The notes under the pieces: generated by a model
The model's input: the letters and a program-made list of their open reading frames with translations, nothing else
Databases searched by the model: none
Told to the model about the DNA's origin: nothing
Part shown: piece by piece, positions 50,995 to 58,832 of the stretch
How the letters are laid out: each line of letters begins with the position of its first letter
Numbering within the stretch: position 1 is the stretch's first letter
Origin: Octopus bimaculoides
Lineage: Eukaryota
DNA: 64,000 bases
Direction: 5' to 3'
NCBI RefSeq assembly: GCF_001194135.2
Contig: NC_068996.1
Coordinates: 28,880,575 to 28,944,574 of the forward strand
Position numbers and translations under genes: made by a program

Positions 50995-53900
50995 NNNNNN
51001 NNNNATAGAAATAAATTGTTAATCATAATTGAACCATATTCGATGACTGGTACCTGCACCAGTGGAGCACTAACAGCACTGTCGATCATGATCATTGCCA
51101 GAGCAGCTGTCTGGCTTCCGTGCTAGTGGCATGCAAATAGCACCATTTGAGCGTAATCGTTACCAGCGTTGCCTTCTAGCACTTGTGCTGGAGGCACGTT
51201 AGAAAATCATTTGAGCGAGGTCATTGCCAGTGACACCGGACTGGCTCCCGTGCAGGTGGCAAGTAAAAAACACCTTTTTGAGCGTGGCTGTTGCTAGTAC
51301 CTCCTGACTGGCCCTCGTGCCGGTGGCACATATAAGCACCCACTACACTCTCGGAGTGGTTGGCGTTAGGAAGGGCATCCAGCTGTAGAAACTCTGCCAG
51401 ATCAGATTGGAGCCTGGTGTAGCCTTCTTGCATGCCAGTCCTCAGTCAAATCGTCCAACCCATGCTAGCATGGAAAGCGGACGTTAAACGATGATGATGA
51501 TGATGATGATGATAAAGATGATGAATAAACAATAATTTTAGTTGCCAATCAAAGCATGAACTGTGCAGGCAAATTTAAAAAGATATTTAAAAATGGCGGT
51601 GCCCCAGCATGGCCACAGCTTGTGAGCTGAAACTGTTTCAATTCAATTCAATATGATGGTACTGGAAACCATCAGCTTTGCTAGAAATAGGAATCACATG
51701 AACTCCAAAGCCACAGAAAGCACACTAGAAAACAAGCATGGCATAATTGAGTGGTGAAAAATTTAAGCTCTTACCTTTGTGAGAGCCACAGAGGAAATGG
51801 CAGATAACTTAATATCGGTTTCGGGCTTTGTACTAGGCAGTACTCATCTCTCTTCAGTTAAGTTTACTGTGAAAAATGCTAAGATTAAAAATATCCACCT
51901 CACCATACTTCCTTGTTCATATGAAGGCCCAAGGCACATTCATAGACGAACCAAGTGAATAATTTATAAATATAGAAATAAATTATTATTAAAAATAGAT
52001 AATAATTTCAGTGGCCAATCAAAGCATGAACTATGCAGGCAAAACCCGAAATTGGTATTAAGTTATCTGCCATTTCCTCTGTGGCCCACACAAAAGTAAG
52101 AGCTTAAATTTTTATTCACCACATGATTTCACCATGCTTGTTTTCCAGCGAGCTTTCTGTGGCTTTAGAGTTCATTTGATTCCTATTTCTAGCAAAGCTA
52201 ATAGTTTCCAGTACCCTCATATATATTTTTAAAAACTTGTCAGCATAGTTCATGCTTTGATTGGCCATTAAAATTATTATTTATTGTTAATAATAATTTA
52301 ATTCTATATTCGTAAATTATTCACTTGGTTCGTCTATGAATGTGCCTTGGGCCTTCATGTGAACAAACAATCATGGTGAGGTGGATATTTTTAATTTTAG
52401 CATTTTTCACGGTAAACTTAACTGAAGAGAGATGAGTACTGCCTAGTACAAAGCCTGAAATCGATATTAAGTTATCTGCCATTTTCTCTGTGGCTCTCAC
52501 AAAGGTAAGAGCTTAAATTTTTATTCACCATGCTTGTTTTCCAGTAAGCTTTCTGTGGCTTTGAAATTCATTTGACTCCTATATTTAGCAAAGCTGATGG
52601 TTTCCAGTACCATCATATACATAAGTATATATATATCTACAAACACACAAATTTTTGTATCCTTTCCTCACAGTTACAAGAGGCATTCATTAAAGATTTC
52701 CCCTGACCCACTTCCCAAGCACTGGGATAAATAAACTTGGCACAATTATTAGTCCTTCTCCACATAGCCACAGTATGCTTTCATCTGGGCAACATGCACA
52801 TTATGAACTGGGGCATTGGCTTGGAAGAGGTGACTCCTTTTGTCAGCGTGCCACATCTCTCTGCTTTGATGGCGTCCTGCTATTTTTGCAGCAGAGAAGC
52901 ATAATATCCCCTGTTAATTGTGGTGCCCTTTGCCAGAAAATCCATCATCACCACTCTGCGCTGGTCCTAAATGACTGTGAGCATCACCTTGCCTGCTAAG
53001 GGTTGGAGATGGTGAGTTACCAGGTTTCCATTGTTTCAACTGGACTTTAGTTTCAGGATCATGTTTCATACTGTGTAATAAATCTGCCAAAGAAGTCCTT
53101 CTCGTTTTCTGGCACATTTCCAAAAGAGCCTGGGAGCAATTGACTTATTCCTGCTTCTGAGAAGGCGTGAGCATCCGGGAAATTCATTGTGCAAATGGTC
53201 ATGAATGATTTTTTCCATAGACCCTACACTTATCTTCACCTCTTGGGGTTAATTACTGAATAGTTATGCGGTGATCTTCCAAAATGGCAGCTTCCACTTT
53301 ATGGATGGTGTCATCATCAATGGCAGAATGTGGTCATCCAGGAATAGGAGCAGTTTCCACTGATGTCTGACCACATTTGAACTGGCAATTCCAGTACTTG
53401 ACTATGTCGTATGATGATGCATCATCACTGTAAACTTTTTTCATCTCACTGAAAGTCTCTTTTGGTGTACAACCTATCAAGTATAAGAACCTGATCACTG
53501 ATCTGCATTCAACTACTTCCATCATAACACCTTAGTCCACTTTAGTAGCCATAAAAGACAACTGAATACTAGTGGAAAGCTGCAATTTACAATGTGACAT
53601 GTAGAGAGATGTATGATTATACCTGTGCAAGTTCTGTTTCCTGCAATAACTGGAAGTTGGGCAGGGGAAATCTTTAATGAACATCCCTTGTAGATACTTT
53701 TTTGTGGCTTTTATTAGTCCATGGTTGGCCTTTACCATTTTATCAGTATGCCCCAATAATTTATCTAAATTAGCTTTCTAGAACATTTACACTATCAGTT
53801 CTTTGTCTCCCACTATCCTTTGACATCGTTGGGTAAAGGAATACTTTGGGCAACCTGCCCTCTACTACTTTCATTGGTCATTTAATTTTGAGTTTCTACT

Positions 53901-56900
53901 TTCATGCTGTGGCTAGTTTAATAATTCATTTGCTCATCTTCACATGATAATGTAAACAACATAGAGGTACTAGGATCTGAAGATTAATTAAGCTGGCTTT
54001 GTATATATTAAAACTTATGTAACAAGCATCACTTTGCGGTGAAGCAGTTATTAGACTGCAGTCATGCTGAGGGTACTGCCTCAAAGAATTTTAGTCAAAC
54101 AAATTGACCTCAGTACATATTATTCTTTTAAAGCTTGGTACTTATTCTATTGATCTCTTTTGTCAAACCACTGAAGTGATGTGGATGTAAATACATACAG
54201 ACAAAAAGACACATACACATGATGGGATTCTTTCAGTTTCCATCAACCAAATCCACTCACAAGGCTTTGGTTGACCCAAGGCTGTAGTAGAAGACATTTG
54301 CCCAACATATCATGCAGTAGGACTGAACCAGGAACCATGTGGCTGGGAAGTAAACTTCTTATCACACAAACACACATGTACAAAATACAACAAAGGGAAA
54401 AATAATAATAGTTAACATCAAGTAAATTAAGAAATTCATACACTACCCAGATTCTTTGGCTTCATAGCTGTATAATGCATTTGCTTCAAACTACAATACA
54501 GAAAAACACACGTATTTGAATTAAGGTGTACACAAGTGTGTGTGTGTGTGTGTGCGCGTGTATTATGCTGGAGTTCGTGTAATATTCAATAATTCAATGT
54601 TGTTTAAAGAACATAATTATTTCAATTATTTGAAAATTAATTAATATGCACATACAAACACACAGACTAAGGAAATTTCACACACATATGTTAATTTTGG
54701 TATAGTTAGTTTGAAGAGATTCTAGAAAAACTACATATTTACTGATGTGGGTTATCAATACACACAGCAGGTCAAATTTATTATAAAATTAACTTTGACA
54801 GAGAATTTATTTTTGCTCAACAGCTAGTTGAAAATATTTTAGAAGCAGTTAGATAAAACTTGACTTGTCATTCAAAACTAATTATATGTATGTATGTGTG
54901 TGTGTCTGTGTGTATATGTATGTGTACGTATGTATGTAGGTATGCTGAAAGTCTTTAAAGTGTTTAAAATTTGATTAATTTAATTTAAGGATTATCAAAA
55001 TTTCAAACACCATGTATACCTTCAAATGCACACACAAATACACATAGATGTGTATATGCACACATACATACTGTATTTTGTGTTTAAGTCAAACAACAGT
55101 ATTTTTCAGGTAAAATCAAGTATAATATAATGTGACTTATACATGAGTAAATACAGTGTAGGCACATATACATGTAAACATACCAAAATGCAAAACAAAA
55201 AATATTCTTTAAAAGTGAAAATTTGCCAAGACAAAAAGAGTAACATCATTAAAATTGATTAATAAAGACAGAGATAAGATAAGTATGTGCCATCATCATC
55301 ATCACTTTAACATCCACTTGTTTATTCTTGTATGGTATAATCCCTCAGCATTTAACCTGCCCATATGTGACCCAAATATTCTACCTGTTTTATCTTCAAA
55401 CTAACCAGATCCAACCTTTCACACCTACTCTACAATGCCATTCTAAAAATATACAAACACACCACTGAAATAATGCATGATTAATCAAAACGATGTGAAT
55501 AAATAAGCATTATATTTGATAAAGAAATCTGAATGCTAAAGGATTAAATGAATATATTGAGGAATATTTTCTATGAACTGGATGCGCTTTCTGCTGCCAA
55601 CCCTCACCTGTTTCCAAACCATGTATTATTTCCTCTAATCTGTTGAAGAAGGAACAATTCAGTGATCAGACATTATTTTTGTGGAACATTGCAAACAAAA
55701 TTGTACACACCATTTATAGGAATTGCAACTTTGTTTTCAATCAATTTGCAAATGCCAAGACGTCCCATGCATATATATATGTATACATGCATATGTATAT
55801 ATATATATATGTATACATGCATATATATATNNNNNNNNNNNNNNNNNNNNNNNNNNNNNNNNNNNNNNNNNNNNNNNNNNNNNNNNNNNNNNNNNNNNNN
55901 NNNNNNNNNNNNNNNNNNNNNNNNNNNNNNNNNNNNNNNNNNNNNNNNNNNNNNNNNNNNNNNNNNNNNNNNNNNNNNNNNNNNNNNNNNNNNNNNNNNN
56001 NNNNNNNNNNNNNNNNNNNNNNNNNNNNNNNNNNNNNNNNNNNNNNNNNNNNNNNNNNNNNNNNNNNNNNNNNNNNNNNNNNNNNNNNNNNNNNNNNNNN
56101 NNNNNNNNNNNNNNNNNNNNNNNNNNNNNNNNNNNNNNNNNNNNNNNNNNNNNNNNNNNNTAACTAGGAAGTTAGTTTTTGTATGTAGCAGATGTTCAGA
56201 TGCAATAAACACTGAAAATGTGCAGAAAAGAACTTCTGTCACATTCCAGGGAGAAAAACTGGACGTAGTTGATAGCTTCCGATATCTGGGTGACTAAGTT
56301 AGTGGGGGAGGGTGCGCTGAAAGTGTAGCTGCTAGAATAAGAATAGCCTGGGCAAAGTTCAGAGAGCTCTTACCTCTGCTGGCGACAAAGGGTCTCTCAC
56401 TCAGAGTAAAAGGCAGACTGTATGACGCATGTGTATGAACAGCCATGCTACATGGCAGTGAAACATGGACCATGACAGCTGAGAACATGCGTATGCTAGC
56501 AAGGAATGAAGCCAGTATGCTCCGATGGATGTGTAATGTCAGTGTGCATACTAGACAGAGTGTAAGTACCTTGAGAGAAAAGTTGAACCTAAGAAGCATC
56601 AGTTGTGGTATGCAAGAGAGACGATTGCACTGGTATGGACATGTGGCGAGAATGGATGAGGATAACTGTGTGAAAAAGTGCCACACCCTAGTGGTTGAGG
56701 GAACCTGTGGAAGAGGCAGGCTCAGGAAGACCTGGGTGAAGCACGACCTCTGAACATTAGGCCTCACCGAGACCTTTGGAAATATGCTGTGCGTGAGAAG
56801 ACCCGGCAAGCCAAGCGAGACCAAAATCCAAGGCCTCTGCCAGGGATGTAACCAGCCCACTTACGCGTAACATTCCTTCTTTGTTTATAAAAAAATACAG

Positions 56901-56947
56901 CATAAAAAACCCCACATTATTTATGGAATGACCCAATATCTAAAGTA

Positions 56948-56988
<41 letters not shown>

Positions 56989-58832
56989 CACACACATATA
57001 CAGACACACGCACATATACACATGCACGTGTTGTGTGTGTGTGTGTATGTAATATACACACAATGGATTTATTAGTCTCCATCTATCAAATCCACTAGCT
57101 TGTCATCAAGGTATTGGTTGGACCAAGATTATATTGCTAGCATGAAAAACAAGATGTATGTGTGTGTTTGTATATGTGTATGTACATGCATATATATGTG
57201 TGTGTATATATATATATCATCATTATGATTACCACCATCTAGCGTCCACTCTCCATACTTGCATGGGTTAGATGGTTTGACTGGAACTGGTAAGCTGGAG
57301 AGCTGCACCAGGTTCCAGTCTGATTTGGCATAGTTTGTACAGCTGGATGCCCTTCCTAATGCTAACCACTGCAAGAGTGTAGTTGGTGCCTCTTACGTGT
57401 CACCAGCAGTATCCGCCACTATGATTTCACTGGCTTGACAAGTCTTCTCAAGCACAGCAAATATATATATTGTGAATAGATTTGGTAGTTGGAAACTGAA
57501 AGAAGACCTTCATATATATATCTGTGTGTGTATATATGCATAAGTTTTTTTGACATCTGACAGTCATAAATGACCACATTGTTTTTTTCCAGTCTTCCAC
57601 AAAAAACATGTCCGACTATGGGGAAATATTACCTTGGCTGGAAGCAGGTGAAGGTTGGTGACAGGAAAGGCATCCAACTGTAGAAAACCTGCCTCAGCAA
57701 AATCTGTCTAACCCATGCAAGCATGGAAAAGTGGACGGTCAATGATAATACACACACACACTTTTATGGCTATGTGAGAAGGCAGTGCTTGCAAGCTCTC
57801 CCACCCCTCCCCAGAGAGTTATGAGATTAATACCATTGATACTGAATTTGAATATTTACTTGAGTTAGTAGGAAAAAAATGTGTATGGGGAGTGCAAGAT
57901 TTGAGGTGGTGTTAAACAGGGCAGTATGTAAGTCCTACCTATATCTATCTCTGTCTTTCCAATGTTTATTTGTCTGTCTCTTTCTCTCTCTCAACAACAT
58001 TATTTAATGCATATTTTCCTTTATAGCAGACTGTGATTTGGAGGAGATTTGCAGGCTATTTCCTGTATGTTAAGTAAACAGGAAGTGTTTTCTCATCACC
58101 TCATACTAGGTGATAATCTGGGGTACCTACTAGTGAATAGTAAAGTTACCAAAGGAAGAGATGGTAGTGTTAAACTGGGTTATGTTTAAAGTGAACTCTG
58201 CTAAAGAGAGATAGACAGACACCAAGCACTGGTTTTAAGCCAAGAGGCTTTATTAGGCATTCTACACAAGGACCTGGCTGATGTGTGTTAAATCCCTTTG
58301 TGTTGAGCCTATCACTGAAAGTGAACTCAATATAAGCACCCAAAGACCAAGTGGTAGTGTATCTTCAATTCTATAAAAAATATCCATTGTATCTCACCAC
58401 AACACACCCAAAAAACAAAACATAAAAAAAAAACAAGAAGATAACAATAATAGCAACAAGAAGGAAAAAAGTTACCTGTCGTTTTGTATTGGATCCAAGG
58501 CTTTCATGACGTCTAGATGCTGATGATGATGAGGTTGATGATGAAGATGATTTAGACCTTAGAGCAGGCCCTGTCGACGTAGAAGCTGTCTGGTTGGCAT
58601 TTTTTAGACCCTCCAGTAACCTTATTAGCAGAATGTTAGACGGCAGGTCCTCAACACGGTATGAAACTAGTGTTCTACATTCGGGACATCGAAGCTCTTT
58701 TTTTGTGCTCACTATCTCTTCGAGACATCTGCGACAAAATGTGTGTTGGCATGGTAACACTTTGCTTGTGTGGTCAAGTCTCTCTAGGCAGACGGAACAT
58801 TCCAGTAGCTCGTTCAACGCCTGTTCGTCCAT
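8470..58832 (-). CDS. SH3RF1: SH3RF/POSH-family E3 ubiquitin-protein ligase (RING + 4 SH3), multi-exon gene; join 58832-58476, 54490-54447, 42142-42028, 41343-41245, 31679-31584, 30093-30053, 28250-27824, 24840-24673, 20405-19610, 11522-11392, 8641-8470
   Basis: Hand-translated exons give an N-terminal C3HC4 RING, two tandem SH3 domains, a linker with KRHSF, a third SH3, a long Ser/Thr/Pro linker and a C-terminal SH3. This is the POSH/SH3RF1/SH3RF3 architecture. All exons have GT/AG boundaries and phases match at every junction except 27824/24840. An invertebrate gene would be co-orthologous to vertebrate SH3RF1/3, so the symbol is a family-level label. Confidence 0.95.
9621..9960. mobile_element. 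hAT-type MITE
   Basis: Termini CAGTGGTTTCC.../...AAGAACCACTG. Flanking 8-mers AACTACAT (9613-9620) and AACTACAG (9961-9968) match 7/8, consistent with a hAT 8-bp TSD. Confidence 0.85.
10060..10250 (-). mobile_element. RTE-type LINE RT remnant
   Basis: QFGFVP...[28 protein letters not shown], across frameshifts. Confidence 0.6.
11392..11522 (-). CDS. SH3RF1: POSH exon 10: [43 protein letters not shown](R)
   Basis: Acceptor ATTTTATAG, donor AAG|GTAAAT. 131 nt, phase 0 to 2. The basic KEK..SL.KRLT segment resembles the region before SH3-4 in invertebrate POSH. Confidence 0.85.
11860..13715 (+). mobile_element. 5'-truncated RLE-type non-LTR retrotransposon (R4/Dong-like), interrupted by a SINE
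   Basis: [40 protein letters not shown], a CCHC knuckle (CR.C...ES..HI.SAC..LAQ.EYK.KHDKVA) and restriction-like endonuclease KILWDF....D.....RPDIV....[11 protein letters not shown]....KE.EKI.KY (track ORFs 12218, 12967, 13189). Many stops and frameshifts. Confidence 0.85.
12576..12721 (-). mobile_element. (GAT)n-tailed SINE/RTE 3' end, inserted inside the RLE LINE
   Basis: Reverse complement of ...AGGAAGGGCATCCAGCTGTAGAAACTCTGCCA...CCAACCCATGCTAGCATGGAAAGCGGACGTTAAACGATGATGATG. Confidence 0.85.
13870..14940 (+). mobile_element. RLE-type LINE 5' ORF remnant (HERO/NeSL-like)
   Basis: Decayed C2H2-like [12 protein letters not shown], then [22 protein letters not shown] and a basic stretch typical of site-specific RLE LINE N-termini. 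The clade assignment is tentative. Confidence 0.55.
15100..15450 (+). mobile_element. RTE-type LINE remnant (zinc-finger insert to RT thumb)
   Basis: KWACS...QHKLWTCKR...[16 protein letters not shown]...[10 protein letters not shown]...[12 protein letters not shown]. Confidence 0.75.
16120..17165. mobile_element. Cluster: RTE 3' end (16120-16380, +), (GAT)n SINE fragments in both orientations (16440-16760), tRNA SINE (16760-17165, +)
   Basis: [23 protein letters not shown] motif, plus family sequences matching other copies in this window. Confidence 0.7.
17290..17712 (+). mobile_element. (GAT)n-tailed SINE with internal 42-bp tandem repeat
   Basis: GGCCTCACAGAGGCAAAGTGGCTGAGTTCCTTTTGAGTGTTG x about 2.5, then the standard body and GATGATGATG tail. 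An inverted copy with about 4.5 units lies at 33540-34000. Confidence 0.75.
19610..20405 (-). CDS. SH3RF1: POSH exon 9: long low-complexity Ser/Thr/Pro/Asn linker ([18 protein letters not shown]...HHSSKEK)
   Basis: Acceptor CTCTCTTGTAG, donor AAG|GTAAGA. 796 nt open frame (track ORF 19598..20362), phase 2 to 0, with higher GC than the flanks. Confidence 0.88.
20474..21032 (-). mobile_element. Non-autonomous retroelement embedded in (TAA/CAA)n microsatellite
   Basis: About 560-bp non-coding, relatively CpG-rich block flanked on both sides by (AAT)n/(AAC)n. The orientation is inferred from the (TTA)n tail. Confidence 0.5.
22060..22480 (+). mobile_element. RLE endonuclease remnant (3' end of an R4/NeSL-like LINE)
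   Basis: [35 protein letters not shown]...[15 protein letters not shown]...[12 protein letters not shown]. Confidence 0.75.
24673..24840 (-). CDS. SH3RF1: POSH exon 8: SH3-3, [55 protein letters not shown](R)
   Basis: Acceptor TCTCCTTGTCTCTTTCAG, donor CAG|GTATAG. EKCQDGW and GVFPGNYV are hallmarks of POSH SH3-3. 168 nt, phase 2 to 2. Confidence 0.96.
26860..27078 (-). mobile_element. piggyBac-type MITE, same family as 55317-55547 in the opposite orientation
   Basis: Terminus AAATGCTAGGGTTAA and the shared internal ACAATG..CTAAAAAT...CATGATTAAT.CAAAA..ATGTGAAT..TAAGCATTA.ATTTGA sequence. Confidence 0.6.
27401..27462 (+). ncRNA. Candidate hammerhead ribozyme with rearranged (non-circularly permuted) strand order, within a CpG-rich repeat of about 27345-27580
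   Basis: Stem III UUGCGU/ACGCGG, GUA triplet, stem I UUGUCCUUG/CAGGGACAA (9 bp), GAAA, CUGAUGA, and stem II GGGG/CUUC. See findings. Confidence 0.6.
27824..28250 (-). CDS. SH3RF1: POSH exon 7: Ser/Pro-rich linker with KRHSF and RRSLEL motifs (RSVSTSSEG...[12 protein letters not shown]...KLVPHL)
   Basis: Acceptor TTTTACAACTCAG, starts in phase 2, in frame with track ORF 27392..28243. The best donor is TTG|GTAAAT at 27824, but the 3' boundary is uncertain (see findings). Confidence 0.85.
30053..30093 (-). CDS. SH3RF1: POSH exon 6 (41 nt): [13 protein letters not shown](S)
   Basis: Acceptor CTCTTTTTCTTTTGACAG, donor AG|GTAGGT. LNxAAK follows SH3-2 in POSH proteins. Phase 0 to 2 matches the next exon. 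Confidence 0.88.
31584..31679 (-). CDS. SH3RF1: POSH exon 5: rest of SH3-2, [32 protein letters not shown]
   Basis: Acceptor TTTATTGTAG, donor GAG|GTAATA. 96 nt, phase 0 to 0. Confidence 0.95.
32930..33140 (-). mobile_element. RTE-type LINE 3' end
   Basis: Track ORF 32939..33163: [24 protein letters not shown]...[15 protein letters not shown]. Confidence 0.8.
34480..34917 (+). mobile_element. RTE/BovB-like LINE RT remnant, 5' half (continues at 38170-38740 after the Gypsy insertion)
   Basis: [15 protein letters not shown]...[15 protein letters not shown]....YRRI, then a deleted RT core. Confidence 0.7.
34918..35240 (-). repeat. Gypsy 3' LTR (323 bp)
   Basis: TGTTATAATG...TTTCAATACA on the + strand, adjacent to the PPT. 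Homologous to 37856-38169 with many substitutions and indels. Confidence 0.85.
37856..38169 (-). repeat. Gypsy 5' LTR, outer tip missing
   Basis: TGTTATAATGTGG...GGGAAGGAGTTTACCAT. Lacks the last ~10 nt present in the other LTR. Confidence 0.8.
38170..38740 (+). mobile_element. RTE/BovB-like LINE C-terminal half
   Basis: FILNYGH..W...[31 protein letters not shown]...GRRPRRR...RWWNNI. Confidence 0.7.
39140..40035 (+). mobile_element. RTE-type LINE 3' portion with PHD-like zinc finger
   Basis: [13 protein letters not shown]...[27 protein letters not shown]...FVCGRC...VDRFCYLGD...[12 protein letters not shown]...[16 protein letters not shown]...RRLGWFGHV...GRGKPRKTW. Confidence 0.9.
41245..41343 (-). 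CDS. SH3RF1: POSH exon 4: start of SH3-2, [33 protein letters not shown]
   Basis: Acceptor CATTTAG, donor AAG|GTAATG. KALYDF...KDCL.F.K is typical of POSH SH3-2. 99 nt, phase 0 to 0. Confidence 0.95.
42028..42142 (-). CDS. SH3RF1: POSH exon 3: rest of SH3-1, [38 protein letters not shown]
   Basis: Acceptor TTTTCTTTTTTCAG, donor CAG|GTTAGT. Canonical SH3 DLSFxKGD...W..G.FP..YV. 115 nt, phase 2 to 0. Confidence 0.95.
45394..45800 (+). mobile_element. Near-intact tRNA-derived SINE
   Basis: A-box-like TGGCTGTGTGG, B-box-like GGTTCAGTCC, internal (TA)(TG) microsatellite, core AAGTACTAGGC...GGGGTCGAT, tail GGCGGTGCTCCAGCATGGCCACAGTC. Further copies are near 30700-30870(-), 46730-47115(+), 50620-50750(+) and 54230-54360(-). 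Confidence 0.8.
46231..46488. repeat. Perfect palindrome (40-bp arms, 1-nt spacer at 46277) abutting an N gap
   Basis: 46237-46276 is the exact reverse complement of 46278-46317. The arm continues (GGTCAACGTTATATATA) on the far side of the gap at 46472. Confidence 0.9.
48640..49330 (+). mobile_element. Highly decayed RTE/RTEX-like LINE 3' portion
   Basis: [10 protein letters not shown]...[22 protein letters not shown]...NIT*HDH...IYGHIPSI, across many stops. Confidence 0.55.
50283..50520 (+). mobile_element. Tc1/mariner-superfamily (maT/DD37D-like) transposase C-terminal remnant
   Basis: [32 protein letters not shown]...DTVRNACTR..., a decayed form of the WPPNSPDxNPLDY motif. Confidence 0.7.
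51050..51515 (+). mobile_element. Long, well-preserved (GAT)n-tailed SINE/RTE 3' end
   Basis: Internal imperfect ~65-bp repeats (CACC.TTTGAGCG...) followed by CACTCTCGGAGTGGTTGGCGTTAGGAAGGGCATCC...GGACGTTAAACGATGATGATG. Other family members are near 10970-11166, 29340-29470, 32030-32350, 38820-39025, 40730-41030, 43920-44130, 57220-57420, 60420-60620 and 63540-63760. Confidence 0.85.
51544..52618. repeat. Compound inverted repeat: A-B-C-A | B'-A'-C'-B'
   Basis: 51651-52043 is the diverged reverse complement of 52237-52618. The spacer 52045-52222 is a further inverted copy of block B (51651-51825). Confidence 0.9.
52677..53690 (-). mobile_element. Defective mariner with both TIRs and TA target duplication
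   Basis: TA-CAAGAGGCATTCATTAAAGATTTCCCCTGACCCACTTCC versus TA-CAAGGGATGTTCATTAAAGATTTCCCCTGCCCAACTTCC (reverse complement). Transposase remnants [35 protein letters not shown]. About 1.0 kb, internally deleted. Confidence 0.9.
54447..54490 (-). CDS. SH3RF1: POSH exon 2 (44 nt): start of SH3-1, [14 protein letters not shown](G)
   Basis: Acceptor TTTTTCTGTATTGTAG, donor GG|GTAGTG. Contains the ALYxY motif. Phase 0 to 2, which joins exon 1 to exon 3 in frame. Confidence 0.88.
55317..55547 (+). mobile_element. piggyBac-type MITE
   Basis: Termini (A)TAATCCCTCAGCATTT / GAATGCTAAAGGATTAA. Confidence 0.6.
56161..56870 (+). mobile_element. RTE-type LINE 3' portion, relatively young
   Basis: FVCSRC...[12 protein letters not shown]...[17 protein letters not shown]...[10 protein letters not shown]...RRLHWYGHV...GRGRLRKTW (track ORFs 55662 and 56445). 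Confidence 0.9.
58476..58832 (-). CDS. SH3RF1: POSH coding exon 1: RING finger ([53 protein letters not shown]...NTKRQ)
   Basis: ATG at 58832-58830 (residue 72 of track ORF 58371..59045). C3HC4 spacing is intact. Donor CAG|GTAACT at 58476/58475. 357 nt, ends phase 0. Confidence 0.95.
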
